Assembly: GCA_020847495.1 (NCBI GenBank)
Contig: JADLCA010000073.1
Coordinates: 1-45,183 of the forward strand
Reading direction: 5' to 3'
Length of the DNA stretch: 45,183 nt
Source of the DNA: Candidatus Hydrogenedentota bacterium
GTDB taxonomy: Bacteria; Hydrogenedentota; Hydrogenedentia; Hydrogenedentales; SLHB01
In this document: positions 15,396-24,447 of the stretch, piece after piece
Layout of the letters: every line of letters starts with the position of its first letter
Position numbering within the stretch: the first letter of the stretch is position 1
Program-made: the position numbers and the translations under genes
Notes under the pieces: model-generated
Seen by the model: the letters and a program-made list of their open reading frames with translations, nothing else
The model's database searches: none
Told to the model about the DNA's origin: nothing

Positions 15396-18300
15396 TCCGC
15401 CGGGAACGGCCTTCTGCTTCCACTGCAGGCGCTACAACGTCGGCGACCTGCGGGCCCGTGCGCACGCTGAGCGGGGCCACGGTGAAGGTGATGTCGCCCT
15501 CGGTCCACCACTTATCCATCTCCACGCCCTGGTCGTCTTCCCAATCAGGGCCGACGCTGTAGACTACAAAAGAATCGTCCGCGAGTTGGCGGTAGCGCAG
15601 AGGCCCCTGGAACCTGCGGTGGAATGTCATGCCAGGATTGTAATAGTCCCTCGGGACTTCGGGCAGGTAGATGGGTACGAGGTTGTCCAGCGTCTCCGGC
15701 AAGCGGCTATAGGCCAGGCGGTAACGTTCAACGGCAAACGCCGTGCGAGCGATATCGAACTGCGTGCGAATACGCCATTCGGTATCGTAAGCGCGGCCGA
15801 TGGCCGGCGCCGTAATCGCAGCCAGAGGCGAAAAGAACATCAAGTCTCGTACAAGCTGGTCATCTGCGGTGTTCGCCCGGTGCTCTTCGTAAGCAAGGTC
15901 CGCCGGCGCCTGACCTAGCATTTCGTTGTAGAACTGCATCATCACCATGCGCTCACCCGCGGCAGGCGCTGCCAATTGCCAAAACAGTACCCCGGAACCG
16001 GAGGACTGCAGTGCGGAGATTTCGCCGAGTTCGGACCCATTGATCAGATCAAGGGCAGCGACCATATGCAAGCCCATGGCCTCCTCACCAATGACGGCGC
16101 GATCCATGATCATGCGCTCCTGGAAAGGAGGCAGGGCAGAGGCAAATGTCCTGTCAAGCTTCGCGAGGTCCGCGTCGGTGAAAACCGAACGGTTCATGGC
16201 GTCCTCCGCGTTGCCGTACGCAATGCCGAGGACGGCAACCCGCACCAGTTGGGAGATGATCAGCGGTTCTTCTGAAAGGGAATTGGCGAGGGGGATTATC
16301 GCCCCGATGGATTCCGCTGCCTGGTCAGCATCTTCTGCAACAGTCCAATGCACTGAATCAAGAGCGAGTTGCCGCGCCAGTTCGCGCACCTTTGCGAGTT
16401 GAGGCAAGTCCGCGGCGAAGGCCTTGCGCAAATCGACGGGGTAGCGGCTGCGCATCGCCGTGTCCGCCGCCAGTTGCTTCAACTCGGGCGCAATAGTCGA
16501 GGTTACGGACTGCCAATATGCCTCCGTGGTCTCCCACACTTCGGTGTCGATGGGTTCGCCCCGCTTGCTCTTGGCGTTGCCGGTGATGAGTAGGCGATCA
16601 ATAAGCTCCTCCGCCACAACCGCCTGACTGTTGGACATCCCTTCAATGCCGGGCCGGCCATTGTTGTCACTGGCCTCCGCGAGTGCTGGCGTCTGTTGCT
16701 CGAAGAAAGCCTTTTGGGCATCCGCCTGTTTGTCCGCGATGCCCAGATACGCCAGCGCACGGTTCTCCGCCTCGGGCACGGCCGGATACCATTCATCCAC
16801 TTCTTCCGGGGTGGCCGGGTATCCCTTCGCGCGCAGGAAGTCCTCATAGGCAGGCTTTGATGGCCAAGCAAGCCAGAGGAAGAACAGAACTGCACACGCG
16901 ATGGCGATGCGAGCCGCCGTGCGTGTGGAACCCGTGAACAGGGTCGCGTTGGCGGCCACATGTTGAGCTGGATCTTGCACCGGCGCGGCCGCGTGCCGGC
17001 GGCGGCGCACGTCAAGCGCGGCACTCACGTACGGCAGCGGAATCAACACCGCCCAGCCAAGGCACGTGATGAAGCTGGTTATGTGCCAGAGGGTCTGGGT
17101 GCCCATTGCAGGTGTCGCCACCAGCACGGCGTGAAACAAGACCCAGGTGGCCAAAGCCCAGGCGCCCACAGCGATGAGCAGTGCGCGTAGCGAAATGACG
17201 CCTGTCCTGCGCGCGTGCGCGTGAGCGCCGATGGCGGAACCGATGGCAACAAGGGGCAACAGGATACGGGTGTCCTGCCAATTGTCAATGTCCTTATAGT
17301 CCAGAAGTCGTAAGAACATCCCTAGTGCCACAACCGCCGAGAGGGTGAACGCGACCGTGCGAGTGCCATTCATGGCCGGCCATGCCAGGAGGCCTACCAG
17401 GATGCCACGGCTCAACAAAACCCACAGAACTTCCTGGTACGAGGTGGCGCTTATCGCGAGGGCTTCCGGCATGATGTCGGTAAGCACCCGGCTTCCCAGC
17501 AACACCCAGTGAAGGATGAGCACCACAAACAGCATGGGGACCAGAATGAATGCGTTTGCCGTGATGCGCGCGAACCCAAACTGCGCGCTCGTCAACGGGT
17601 GCAGGAACTGGGGCTGAGGTTTGGCGTATCGACCCAGGATTCCTGTCTGTGCGTTGTGTGCCAGCGCACCGCTCACCACTCCACCAAACGCCGTGATCGA
17701 CAACATGTAGCTCAGTTCATGCTTTGGGTCCTCACCTGGCTTCAGATTGAGAAACACGAACGCCAGCGCCATGACAGATGAGACTATCGTCACACCTGGC
17801 AACACCCACCAAGACCGGCGCAGGTCAAACCACACCTGCGCCGCTAACGGCGTTGCGAGCCGCTTACTGCGCGCGAACCACGGAATGGAAATGTAGCTAT
17901 GCCATTCCCAGATCTCGGGAATACCGATGCGGCGTCCTACCCGCGTGGAGTGGACGGCTGCAACCGACACGCCATAGACCGGAATGGCGAGCAGGCAAAG
18001 GAATAATGCCATTTCACTCGTTAGAGATGGGAGATGCCGAATGATGGAGATCATCCGGTCCATCTTGTCGACGTGCGAGATGGCTGCAAGCACGATGACG
18101 ACACTGACACCACTTGCAAGTCCGGAGAGCGGCTTGCGGAGCCAGTCGAACGTCTGCGTGAGAAGATAGAACAACGTAATGGCAAGCGCCGCGCCGAGTC
18201 CAGGTCCATCGCCGAAAAGCACTTCGCATGCTCCCGAAATCAACACGGCGGTGAGAAGGACGAACACCGTCCTTGCGGCGAGGGCAACGCCGACCGCGGC

Positions 18301-18627
18301 CGAAGCTGGCACTGGCAGATGCAGGATTCGCTCGGAGAATCCACCGACGAGATGGCCGGAATAGTCCGTACTGACGATAAGCAGAAGCGCAGTGAAGAGT
18401 GGCGCGATTCCCACAAACATCAAGACAAACTCACGGTTGTGGTGCCACATGAGATCGCCAATCTGCGACCACACAAAAACGAGACAGAGCACTCCAATAA
18501 CAACGCACCATCCCGCAATCACGCCGCCGACGCGGCACTCTTCCCACACCAGGGCTTTGATCATATTGCCGAGGCCGGTATTTTCGCGGCGTGTTGCACT
18601 TTGCGCGACTGTCGAATTGCTGTTCAT
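15391..18627 (-). CDS. Large multi-pass permease fused to an extracytoplasmic domain of about 450 aa with a GspG/pseudopilin-like C-terminal motif
   Basis: The track ORF runs to 18813, but the Arg-rich first 62 aa overlap the upstream ABC gene. The ATG at 18627 lies 2 nt after the ABC ATPase stop (MNSNSTVAQ...). About 12 or more hydrophobic helices fill the first 600 aa or so. The C-terminus contains ...FAVERYRLAYSRLPETLDNLVPIYLPEVPRDYY...FVVYSVGPDWEDDQG. Confidence 0.8.
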   Translation of the reverse strand: MNSNSTVAQSATRRENTGLGNMIKALVWEECRVGGVIAGWCVVIGVLCLVFVWSQIGDLMWHHNREFVLMFVGIAPLFTALLLIVSTDYSGHLVGGFSERILHLPVPASAAVGVALAARTVFVLLTAVLISGACEVLFGDGPGLGAALAITLFYLLTQTFDWLRKPLSGLASGVSVVIVLAAISHVDKMDRMISIIRHLPSLTSEMALFLCLLAIPVYGVSVAAVHSTRVGRRIGIPEIWEWHSYISIPWFARSKRLATPLAAQVWFDLRRSWWVLPGVTIVSSVMALAFVFLNLKPGEDPKHELSYMLSITAFGGVVSGALAHNAQTGILGRYAKPQPQFLHPLTSAQFGFARITANAFILVPMLFVVLILHWVLLGSRVLTDIMPEALAISATSYQEVLWVLLSRGILVGLLAWPAMNGTRTVAFTLSAVVALGMFLRLLDYKDIDNWQDTRILLPLVAIGSAIGAHAHARRTGVISLRALLIAVGAWALATWVLFHAVLVATPAMGTQTLWHITSFITCLGWAVLIPLPYVSAALDVRRRRHAAAPVQDPAQHVAANATLFTGSTRTAARIAIACAVLFFLWLAWPSKPAYEDFLRAKGYPATPEEVDEWYPAVPEAENRALAYLGIADKQADAQKAFFEQQTPALAEASDNNGRPGIEGMSNSQAVVAEELIDRLLITGNAKSKRGEPIDTEVWETTEAYWQSVTSTIAPELKQLAADTAMRSRYPVDLRKAFAADLPQLAKVRELARQLALDSVHWTVAEDADQAAESIGAIIPLANSLSEEPLIISQLVRVAVLGIAYGNAEDAMNRSVFTDADLAKLDRTFASALPPFQERMIMDRAVIGEEAMGLHMVAALDLINGSELGEISALQSSGSGVLFWQLAAPAAGERMVMMQFYNEMLGQAPADLAYEEHRANTADDQLVRDLMFFSPLAAITAPAIGRAYDTEWRIRTQFDIARTAFAVERYRLAYSRLPETLDNLVPIYLPEVPRDYYNPGMTFHRRFQGPLRYRQLADDSFVVYSVGPDWEDDQGVEMDKWWTEGDITFTVAPLSVRTGPQVADVVAPAVEAEGRSRRR

Positions 18628-18629
18628 GG

Positions 18630-19547
18630 CTATGCTACCGCTTGCATGGTTTGACTGCCGACGACCCGGGCGACAAAGACGGAATCGAGGGACGGGGTGG
18701 TTTCGTCGAGTATGCGCGCGCCCGCCTGTTCGAGCGCGGCGCGGGTGGCATCCGCCTCGCCGTGGGTGATGACCGCCCATTCGCAACCTTCGCCTTCGAC
18801 GTGCAGCACGCACGGGACTTCGGGGAAGGCCGCCAACGGTTCGGCAAACGCGACGACGCGGCGATGGTGCGTGGCTTTCAGTTCATCCATGGACATGTTC
18901 AGCGCAACCTTGCCGTGATGGATCATCGCCACGTCATCCACAATGCGCTCGACCTCGTCGAGCAGGTGCGAGGAAAACACGACGGTCCGGCCTTCTTCGG
19001 CGACCGACCGCACGACCACGGCGAGGATATCGCGCCGCGCCACGGCGTCGAGTCCCGAGGACGGCTCGTCGAGCAGGAGCAGCTGCGGACGGTGCGCCAG
19101 CGCGAGCAGGAGTCCCGCCTTGGCCTTTTCCCCGCGCGACAGGTTGCGGATGCGCGCGTCCGCGGGAAGCCGGAACTGCTCCCGCAGGCGCTCGGCATAG
19201 GACTCGTCCCAATCGGGATAGAACGCCTGCGTGTAGCGCAGGGCCTCCTTGACCCGCATCCACTTCGGCAGGTCACGGTCTTCGGAAAGGTAGCCGATCT
19301 GCGAAAGGACGGCAGGCGGATTGCGCGTCGGATCCACGCCGAACACGCGCACCTCCCCCACCTTCGGCGTAAGCGCGCCGAGGATGTGCTTGATCAGCGT
19401 CGTCTTCCCCGCGCCGTTCTCACCCATCAGCCCGAAGACCCGCCCCTTGGCCATATCGAGGCTGACGTTGTCCAGGGCAACCTTCTTGCCAAACCGGCAA
19501 GAAAGGTTACGCACCCTCACCAAGGGTTCCGGCTGTTGCTCTGCCAT
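18630..19547 (-). CDS. ABC transporter ATP-binding protein
   Basis: 305 aa with Walker A GENGAGKTT, signature LSRGEKAK and Walker B LLLLDEPSSGLD. Confidence 0.92.
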   Translation of the reverse strand: MAEQQPEPLVRVRNLSCRFGKKVALDNVSLDMAKGRVFGLMGENGAGKTTLIKHILGALTPKVGEVRVFGVDPTRNPPAVLSQIGYLSEDRDLPKWMRVKEALRYTQAFYPDWDESYAERLREQFRLPADARIRNLSRGEKAKAGLLLALAHRPQLLLLDEPSSGLDAVARRDILAVVVRSVAEEGRTVVFSSHLLDEVERIVDDVAMIHHGKVALNMSMDELKATHHRRVVAFAEPLAAFPEVPCVLHVEGEGCEWAVITHGEADATRAALEQAGARILDETTPSLDSVFVARVVGSQTMQAVA

Positions 19548-19630
19548 GACGATTGATCCTCTTCGTTAGCCTTGTGCACAGGCACACCCCCACGGCACCC
19601 CCTCTGACTCCCCCCGCACGCGGGGGGAGG

Positions 19631-19679
19631 GTCCACCCTGTCCACTGCGTCCACTACGTCCACTCCCTCCTCCGTGGAC
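19631..19679. repeat. Four direct GTCCAC repeats at 9-bp phase plus one inverted GTGGAC
   Basis: GTCCAC lies at 19631, 19640, 19649 and 19658, and GTGGAC at 19674-19679. The array sits in the 183-bp gap between the GntR gene and the ABC ATPase start. A GC hairpin lies just upstream at 19609-19628. Confidence 0.75.
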
Positions 19680-19730
19680 CCTGAGGGCCTGGGAGGGAAA
19701 CTTGTCTTGCCCTATCGCCGCTGACCCGAA

Positions 19731-20123
19731 TCATGATCTGCCCCCATTCAAAGCGCGGTCGCGTTCCCGCAGCAAATCGACAAGCTGGTCCACCCCGAAA
19801 CCCAGGTTGCGGCCCTCCACGATGAGAGTGTCCGCCCGCTGGGACAGAATGCGGCGGCACTCCTCGCCCGTGTACGGCGAACCCGTTGCGGACACGAAGG
19901 TGCCGGAACCGCGTTTTTTGTAGACAAGTCCCGCGACTTCCAGTTCGCGGTAGGCCCGCACGACGGTGTTTGGGTTGACAAGAAGCTGCTCTGAAAGTGC
20001 CCGGACGGAGGGCAGCTCGGTGTCGGCTTTCAGACGTCCGGTGGCGATGAGATGTTTAAACTGCTGCACCAATTGGAGATAGAGAGGAAGGCCATCGCCC
20101 TGACTGATGGTAATATGAAGCAT
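19731..20123 (-). CDS. GntR-family transcriptional regulator, YtrA-like (short effector tail)
   Basis: A start at the ATG at 20123 (MLHITISQGDGLPLYLQLVQQFKHLIATGRL...LPSVRALSEQLLVNPNTVVRAYRELEVAGLVYKKRGSGTFV) matches the GntR winged HTH. The track start at 20177 adds 18 unlikely residues. Confidence 0.88.
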   Translation of the reverse strand: MLHITISQGDGLPLYLQLVQQFKHLIATGRLKADTELPSVRALSEQLLVNPNTVVRAYRELEVAGLVYKKRGSGTFVSATGSPYTGEECRRILSQRADTLIVEGRNLGFGVDQLVDLLRERDRALNGGRS

Positions 20124-20257
20124 GAGCGGCCACTCCCACGGGGCGGTTACGATGTCTCTGTATCGAAACTGTAACACACTTTGTGGGAACTGTCAAGACC
20201 CGCCACCGGGAAGCACAGGGAAGAAATGCAGGCGAGACGCCTACGCTACACAAGCGT

Positions 20258-20302
20258 GTCCGATCAGTCCGATCGGTCTTATCCGTCCGATTCGGCGTGA
20301 TT
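20258..20302. repeat. 9-bp-period tandem array (gtccgatca gtccgatcg gtcttatcc gtccgattc ggcgtgatt)
   Basis: Read directly from the sequence. The array lies in the 255-bp gap upstream of the GntR gene and downstream of the membrane-protein gene. Confidence 0.7.
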
Positions 20303-20378
20303 ATGCTCTTCGCGCTGACCCTCTGGTCCATCTGCGCGAATCTGCGTCATCTGGGGACACACCCCTTCTTTCCCGCCG

Positions 20379-20963
20379 CTACTCCGCGGCCGGCGCGCTC
20401 TCCGGCGGGGTCTGGTTGCGCCGACGGCGCGAGACAAGGGTTGTGGTCACGGCGCCGAATCCTCGCACAAGCGATGCGATCGAGAGCAGTTGCCCCAGCA
20501 CAGGCACGAGAAAGGCCGCCTCGGCGACGATTGCCCCCGAAACCAGCGAGCCTGTCCGCGTGTCCCAGGCGGGATGGAACTGTGCGATACGGCCCACGGC
20601 CCGATAGGTCACGACGTACGCAACGAAGCCAAGCACATATATGCTGACCAAAAGGATGAGACCGAATAGGGCCAGTGGTCTAATCTGAAGCAGGGCAAGG
20701 GCGATGGGGATTCCGAACAGCAAGTTCACCGCACCGGCGAGGATGCACCGTCCGCGGCTTTCCAGGAACGCCTGCAGCATGGCGTCGCTCATTTCCGGGA
20801 AACGTCCATCGAGCCACAGGGCCGCGGCGAGCGATGCGAGCTTCGTGACTGCAAGCACTACAAGGATGGTGAAAATGGCTAAACAAAACCCACCCAATCC
20901 TAGCGTCTTCACGAGTTGTTCCATGCCCCCTTGATTCAGCAGGGTCACCGATACCGTTTCCAT
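20379..20963 (-). CDS. Integral membrane protein (about 194 aa), third gene of the ECF sigma operon
   Basis: The ATG at 20963 is preceded by GGAGG with an 8-nt spacer. The track GTG start at 20978 contains that SD. The protein has 4-5 hydrophobic helices and no recognisable family. Confidence 0.75.
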   Translation of the reverse strand: METVSVTLLNQGGMEQLVKTLGLGGFCLAIFTILVVLAVTKLASLAAALWLDGRFPEMSDAMLQAFLESRGRCILAGAVNLLFGIPIALALLQIRPLALFGLILLVSIYVLGFVAYVVTYRAVGRIAQFHPAWDTRTGSLVSGAIVAEAAFLVPVLGQLLSIASLVRGFGAVTTTLVSRRRRNQTPPESAPAAE

Positions 20964-20980
20964 GACCGGATCCTCCACAA

Positions 20981-21550
20981 TCAGTTACCGGAATGGTGCG
21001 TGGGGCGCATCGAATGGTTTTCCCCCGCCACCCTCAGGAACGCGTTGAAACCAAACAGCACACCTGCGAGAAGGGCGACGCCGCCCGCGAACATCCAGGG
21101 CGGGCCCACGGGTGCCACCGCCTGAATGGGCGCAAGCGCCTCCCCCGCATCGCGCAACAACATCAACACGGGAGAGAAAAGGCCCCGCGCCGTTTCCAGT
21201 GGAGCGCGCCAATCCGCCGCGGCATCCAGCGCCACGGTCCAGTCGACGGATAGCGGGTTGAACCAACCAACGATTGCTGACACCGCCGCCAGGAACGCGA
21301 CGGCCACCGCCGCCCAAGGCCCGTAAGTCTGGGCGGGAACCGGCCGGGTAGACGCGCAAAGCGAATTCAGAAACTGCCCGGAGGGTTCTTCGGCCTTGAG
21401 TTCGGTGAGCGCCACGCTCAGCGCGTTAAGCCGATCGCGATAAGCCCGGCACGCGGCGCATTCCTGCAAGTGCCCGGTAAACCCCTGCTCCAGGGGCAGG
21501 TCCTGGTCGAAGCGCTCGCGCATCCACGCTTGGACGGTTTCGCATTTCAT
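20981..21550 (-). CDS. Anti-sigma factor (zf-HC2 type) with transmembrane segments
   Basis: The start MKCETVQAWM... overlaps the sigma-factor stop (ATGA). The HLQECAACRAY motif (H-x3-C-x2-C) is present. The track start at 21601 is rejected. Confidence 0.8.
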   Translation of the reverse strand: MKCETVQAWMRERFDQDLPLEQGFTGHLQECAACRAYRDRLNALSVALTELKAEEPSGQFLNSLCASTRPVPAQTYGPWAAVAVAFLAAVSAIVGWFNPLSVDWTVALDAAADWRAPLETARGLFSPVLMLLRDAGEALAPIQAVAPVGPPWMFAGGVALLAGVLFGFNAFLRVAGENHSMRPTHHSGN

Positions 21551-22149
21551 GCCTGATTCTCCTTCAACAACCGTTCGCGAAGCTCCTTGCGCGCGCGGCA
21601 CAGCGCCACCTTGGCGGACGCCGGGCTCATGCCCACAATGGCGGCCGCCTCGCGGATGGGGAATCCCTCCGTGTGATGCAACTGGATGAGCAGCGCCGCG
21701 CGCGGCTGCAACGCCGCCATGGCAACCTCCAGTTCATCCCGCAGGGCGGCGTGTTCAGCGGAAGCCCCACAGCCGGGCGCTTGCAGATCGCCCGCATTCT
21801 CCACATGGGCCTCGTATGAACTGGTAACGGCTTTCCCGCGGCGATACTGCGAGCGCAGGGCGTTCAGACCCACCCGCGTGGCTATCGTGTACAACCAGGA
21901 GCGAAGCGAGCCGCCCGTCTCCAGCCGATCCACATACCGGAATGCGCGGATGAAGGCCTCCTGCGTCAGGTCTTCGGCGTCTTCCCGGTTTAACATCATC
22001 CGGTACATGTGGCGGTAGATGGCCTTTCCGTAGCGCTGTACAATGCCTTCAAAGGCGGCGTGGTCCCCCTGGCGGGCACGGCGGACCCATTCCTCGTCGA
22101 GAGGGTCCTGCATTTCCTGCGGCGTGTCACTCGGCATGTGGGCGTTCAC
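21547..22149 (-). CDS. ECF (group 4) sigma-70 family RNA polymerase sigma factor
   Basis: 200 aa. Region 2 is FEGIVQRYGKAIYRHMYRMMLNREDAEDLTQEAFIRAF and region 4 is IREAAAIVGMSPASAKVALCRARKELR. The start may instead be the ATG at 22137. Confidence 0.9.
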   Translation of the reverse strand: MNAHMPSDTPQEMQDPLDEEWVRRARQGDHAAFEGIVQRYGKAIYRHMYRMMLNREDAEDLTQEAFIRAFRYVDRLETGGSLRSWLYTIATRVGLNALRSQYRRGKAVTSSYEAHVENAGDLQAPGCGASAEHAALRDELEVAMAALQPRAALLIQLHHTEGFPIREAAAIVGMSPASAKVALCRARKELRERLLKENQA

Positions 22150-22306
22150 GGCATTCCACCGGGCCTCAACTCATGGCTCACAAGCTGCCAAATTCCCGCG
22201 TCATCATACCTTCAAATCGGAACTACGTTCTGGTTCTTTGTACACCGAAGCGCGCCAGAAAGTAACAGCGGGTGAAGAAATAGGAGAATCAGCAGACGGA
22301 GTGGCT

Positions 22307-24349
22307 CTACTGAGCGCCGTGTCCGGGTCCGCATTCCAGGATGAGGCGTAGTTGGACGGCCGAACCCGGACCAGCGAGAACCACGAGGCGATCTCCACCA
22401 TAGAGGGCTGTGTGGCCGCGCGGCACGACGGTCTTCCCCCCGCGGCGGATGGACACGACAACGCAATCGTGGGGCAGGCCGATTTCTTTGAGCTGCCTGC
22501 CGGTGGCGTACCAGTCGAGTTCGATGTCGATCTCGGTCAATTCGGAATCCGTGGCGGATTCCAGACGAAGCTTGTCGATCCGCTGCTCGCGCTTCTGCTT
22601 GTCCACGAGCAACTGGGAATAGGAGCGGACCACATTGGCCCGATCCAACAGTCCGAGCAACACGCGCGGGTCGCGCCGGTCCACGACAGGCAGGCGGCCC
22701 ACCTCTAATGCCCCGAAATGGCGCAAGGCATCATCGAGCGTTTCATCGTTGTAGGTGGTGAGCACATCGGTTGTGCAGATATCCGCCACCGTCCTCTCGA
22801 TGGAACCTGAGGCCATGGCGCGCTCCAGGTCGGACAGCGTCACCACACCATGCAGACCGCCCTGCTCATTGACGATGACAAACCCGTGGTTGCCGGTCTC
22901 CTGAAACCAGTAGGCCAGTTCCATAAGGGTGGTGTCGGGTTTCAGCGTAGTCAGGTTGTCCCGTGGCGTCATGGCCTCCTCGACAAGAATGGCCCGCATG
23001 AGATTCTCGTCCTTCTTGACGCGCACATCGAGACCGCGCCGCTTGAGCTTGAGCGTGTAGATGCTCTCCGGCTCGAACTGCTGGGCCAGCACCGTGCTCA
23101 CGACCGTCGCGAACATGAGCGGGAGAATCATGCGGTAGTCCTGGGTCATCTCGAAGAGGATGATAATGGCGGTGATGGGCGCGCGCGCCGCCCCCGCGAA
23201 CACCGCCGCCATGCCCACCATGGCATAGGCCCCGCTCGATTCCGTGATCGCGGGAAAGAAGGCATTCACCGCTTTGCCATACGCGCCACCCAGCACGGCC
23301 CCTATGAACAGCGCCGGCGCAAACACCCCGCCCGAGCTTCCCGAACCCAACGTAAGCGACGTCGCGAGAATCTTGGCGCCGACGAGAATCGCCAGGAGGG
23401 TGAATCCCACATTGCCGTGCAGCGTCTCGCCAATCGTATCGAAGCCCGTGCCGAATACCTGCGGCACATACAGCCCCAATACGCCAAGCAGCAGTCCGCC
23501 TGCGATGGGTTTCAGGTAGGACGGAAAGCGCCAGCGATCAAAGACATCTTCCGAATAGTAGAGGACTCGCATGTACACCAAGGAACAAATCGCGGCGAGG
23601 ACGCCCAGGCCAAGATAGAAGAGCAGTTCCCAGGGGCTTTGTAGCAGGTAGGTGCCCGGCACACTGAACGCCGGATGGTCTCCCAGCACGGCGCGGCTGA
23701 CCACACTTGCCGTGACCGCCGAAATCACGATCGTGCTGAAGGCACGCACGCCGAAGTCCGCGAGGATCACTTCCAGCGCGAACATGACACCGGCAATGGG
23801 GGCATTGAAGGTAGCCGCCACGCCGCCCGCGGAACCCGCCGCGACAAGGGTGATGACGCGCCGGTCGTTCAGCTTGAAGTACTGGCCGATGGTAGACCCC
23901 AGCGCCGCGCCAATCTGCACGATGGGACCTTCGCGTCCCACGGACCCGCCCGAACCGATGGTAATCGACGAGCACACGGCTTTTGCCAGCACGACGACTG
24001 GCCGGATGCGCCCACCTTTGGTCGCTACGGCTAGCATGACCTCGGGCACACCGTGGCCTTTCGCCTCCGGCGCAATGAAGTACACGAGAGGTCCGACCAG
24101 AAGACCACCGATTGCTGGCAGAAGGATGACATGGTAGCCATGCATGAAGGCCAGCAGGTCGCCGCCGGTCCCGAAAAACAGCTGTTTGAAAAAGGCAATC
24201 ATCCACACGAAGGCGATGGTGCCGAGACCGGCGCCTACGCCCACGAACACCGCAAACGTCATCATGACGGCGGTTTCGGAGGACCAGAATCTATCGATGA
24301 GGCGCGGCACATTCTCACGTGGCGCTGCGGATAATGAAGGCGTTTTCAT
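22307..24349 (-). CDS. ClC-family chloride channel / H+-Cl- antiporter with CBS pair and C-terminal TrkA-C (RCK_C) domain
   Basis: 680 aa. Selectivity motifs GSGGSVGREGP and GVFAPALFIG are present. A CBS region follows, and the tail VVVSIRRGGKTVVPRGHTALYGGDRLVVLAG is typical of TrkA_C. Confidence 0.92.
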   Translation of the reverse strand: MKTPSLSAAPRENVPRLIDRFWSSETAVMMTFAVFVGVGAGLGTIAFVWMIAFFKQLFFGTGGDLLAFMHGYHVILLPAIGGLLVGPLVYFIAPEAKGHGVPEVMLAVATKGGRIRPVVVLAKAVCSSITIGSGGSVGREGPIVQIGAALGSTIGQYFKLNDRRVITLVAAGSAGGVAATFNAPIAGVMFALEVILADFGVRAFSTIVISAVTASVVSRAVLGDHPAFSVPGTYLLQSPWELLFYLGLGVLAAICSLVYMRVLYYSEDVFDRWRFPSYLKPIAGGLLLGVLGLYVPQVFGTGFDTIGETLHGNVGFTLLAILVGAKILATSLTLGSGSSGGVFAPALFIGAVLGGAYGKAVNAFFPAITESSGAYAMVGMAAVFAGAARAPITAIIILFEMTQDYRMILPLMFATVVSTVLAQQFEPESIYTLKLKRRGLDVRVKKDENLMRAILVEEAMTPRDNLTTLKPDTTLMELAYWFQETGNHGFVIVNEQGGLHGVVTLSDLERAMASGSIERTVADICTTDVLTTYNDETLDDALRHFGALEVGRLPVVDRRDPRVLLGLLDRANVVRSYSQLLVDKQKREQRIDKLRLESATDSELTEIDIELDWYATGRQLKEIGLPHDCVVVSIRRGGKTVVPRGHTALYGGDRLVVLAGPGSAVQLRLILECGPGHGAQ

Positions 24350-24447
24350 GAATACTCGTCTTGAGATGTGGCAAATCTGAAGTACCCTGCAAGATCATAG
24401 CACAGCGCGCCGCCGCAGTGCATGTGCGCTGTCCGATCCGGTTCGAA

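Noticed and set aside
18628-18813. N-terminal 62-aa extension of the permease ORF (track start 18813)
   Set aside because: The extension is Arg-rich (MRAARRRRRLRMGGHHPRRGG...) and overlaps the 3' end of the ABC ATPase gene. An ATG 2 nt after the ATPase stop gives a sensible start.
18591-19556. 321-aa plus-strand ORF, and similar plus-strand ORFs at 38256-39353, 39857-40702, 42103-43113 and 43614-44582
   Set aside because: Each lies antisense to a recognised minus-strand gene (ABC ATPase, lptA-like, coaX/birA, hisS, sugar isomerase). They are shadow ORFs.
22150-22306. ECF-type or sigma70 promoter upstream of the sigma-factor gene
   Set aside because: GAACC and TATGAT-like hexamers are present on the minus strand, but their spacing does not fit either consensus well enough to report.
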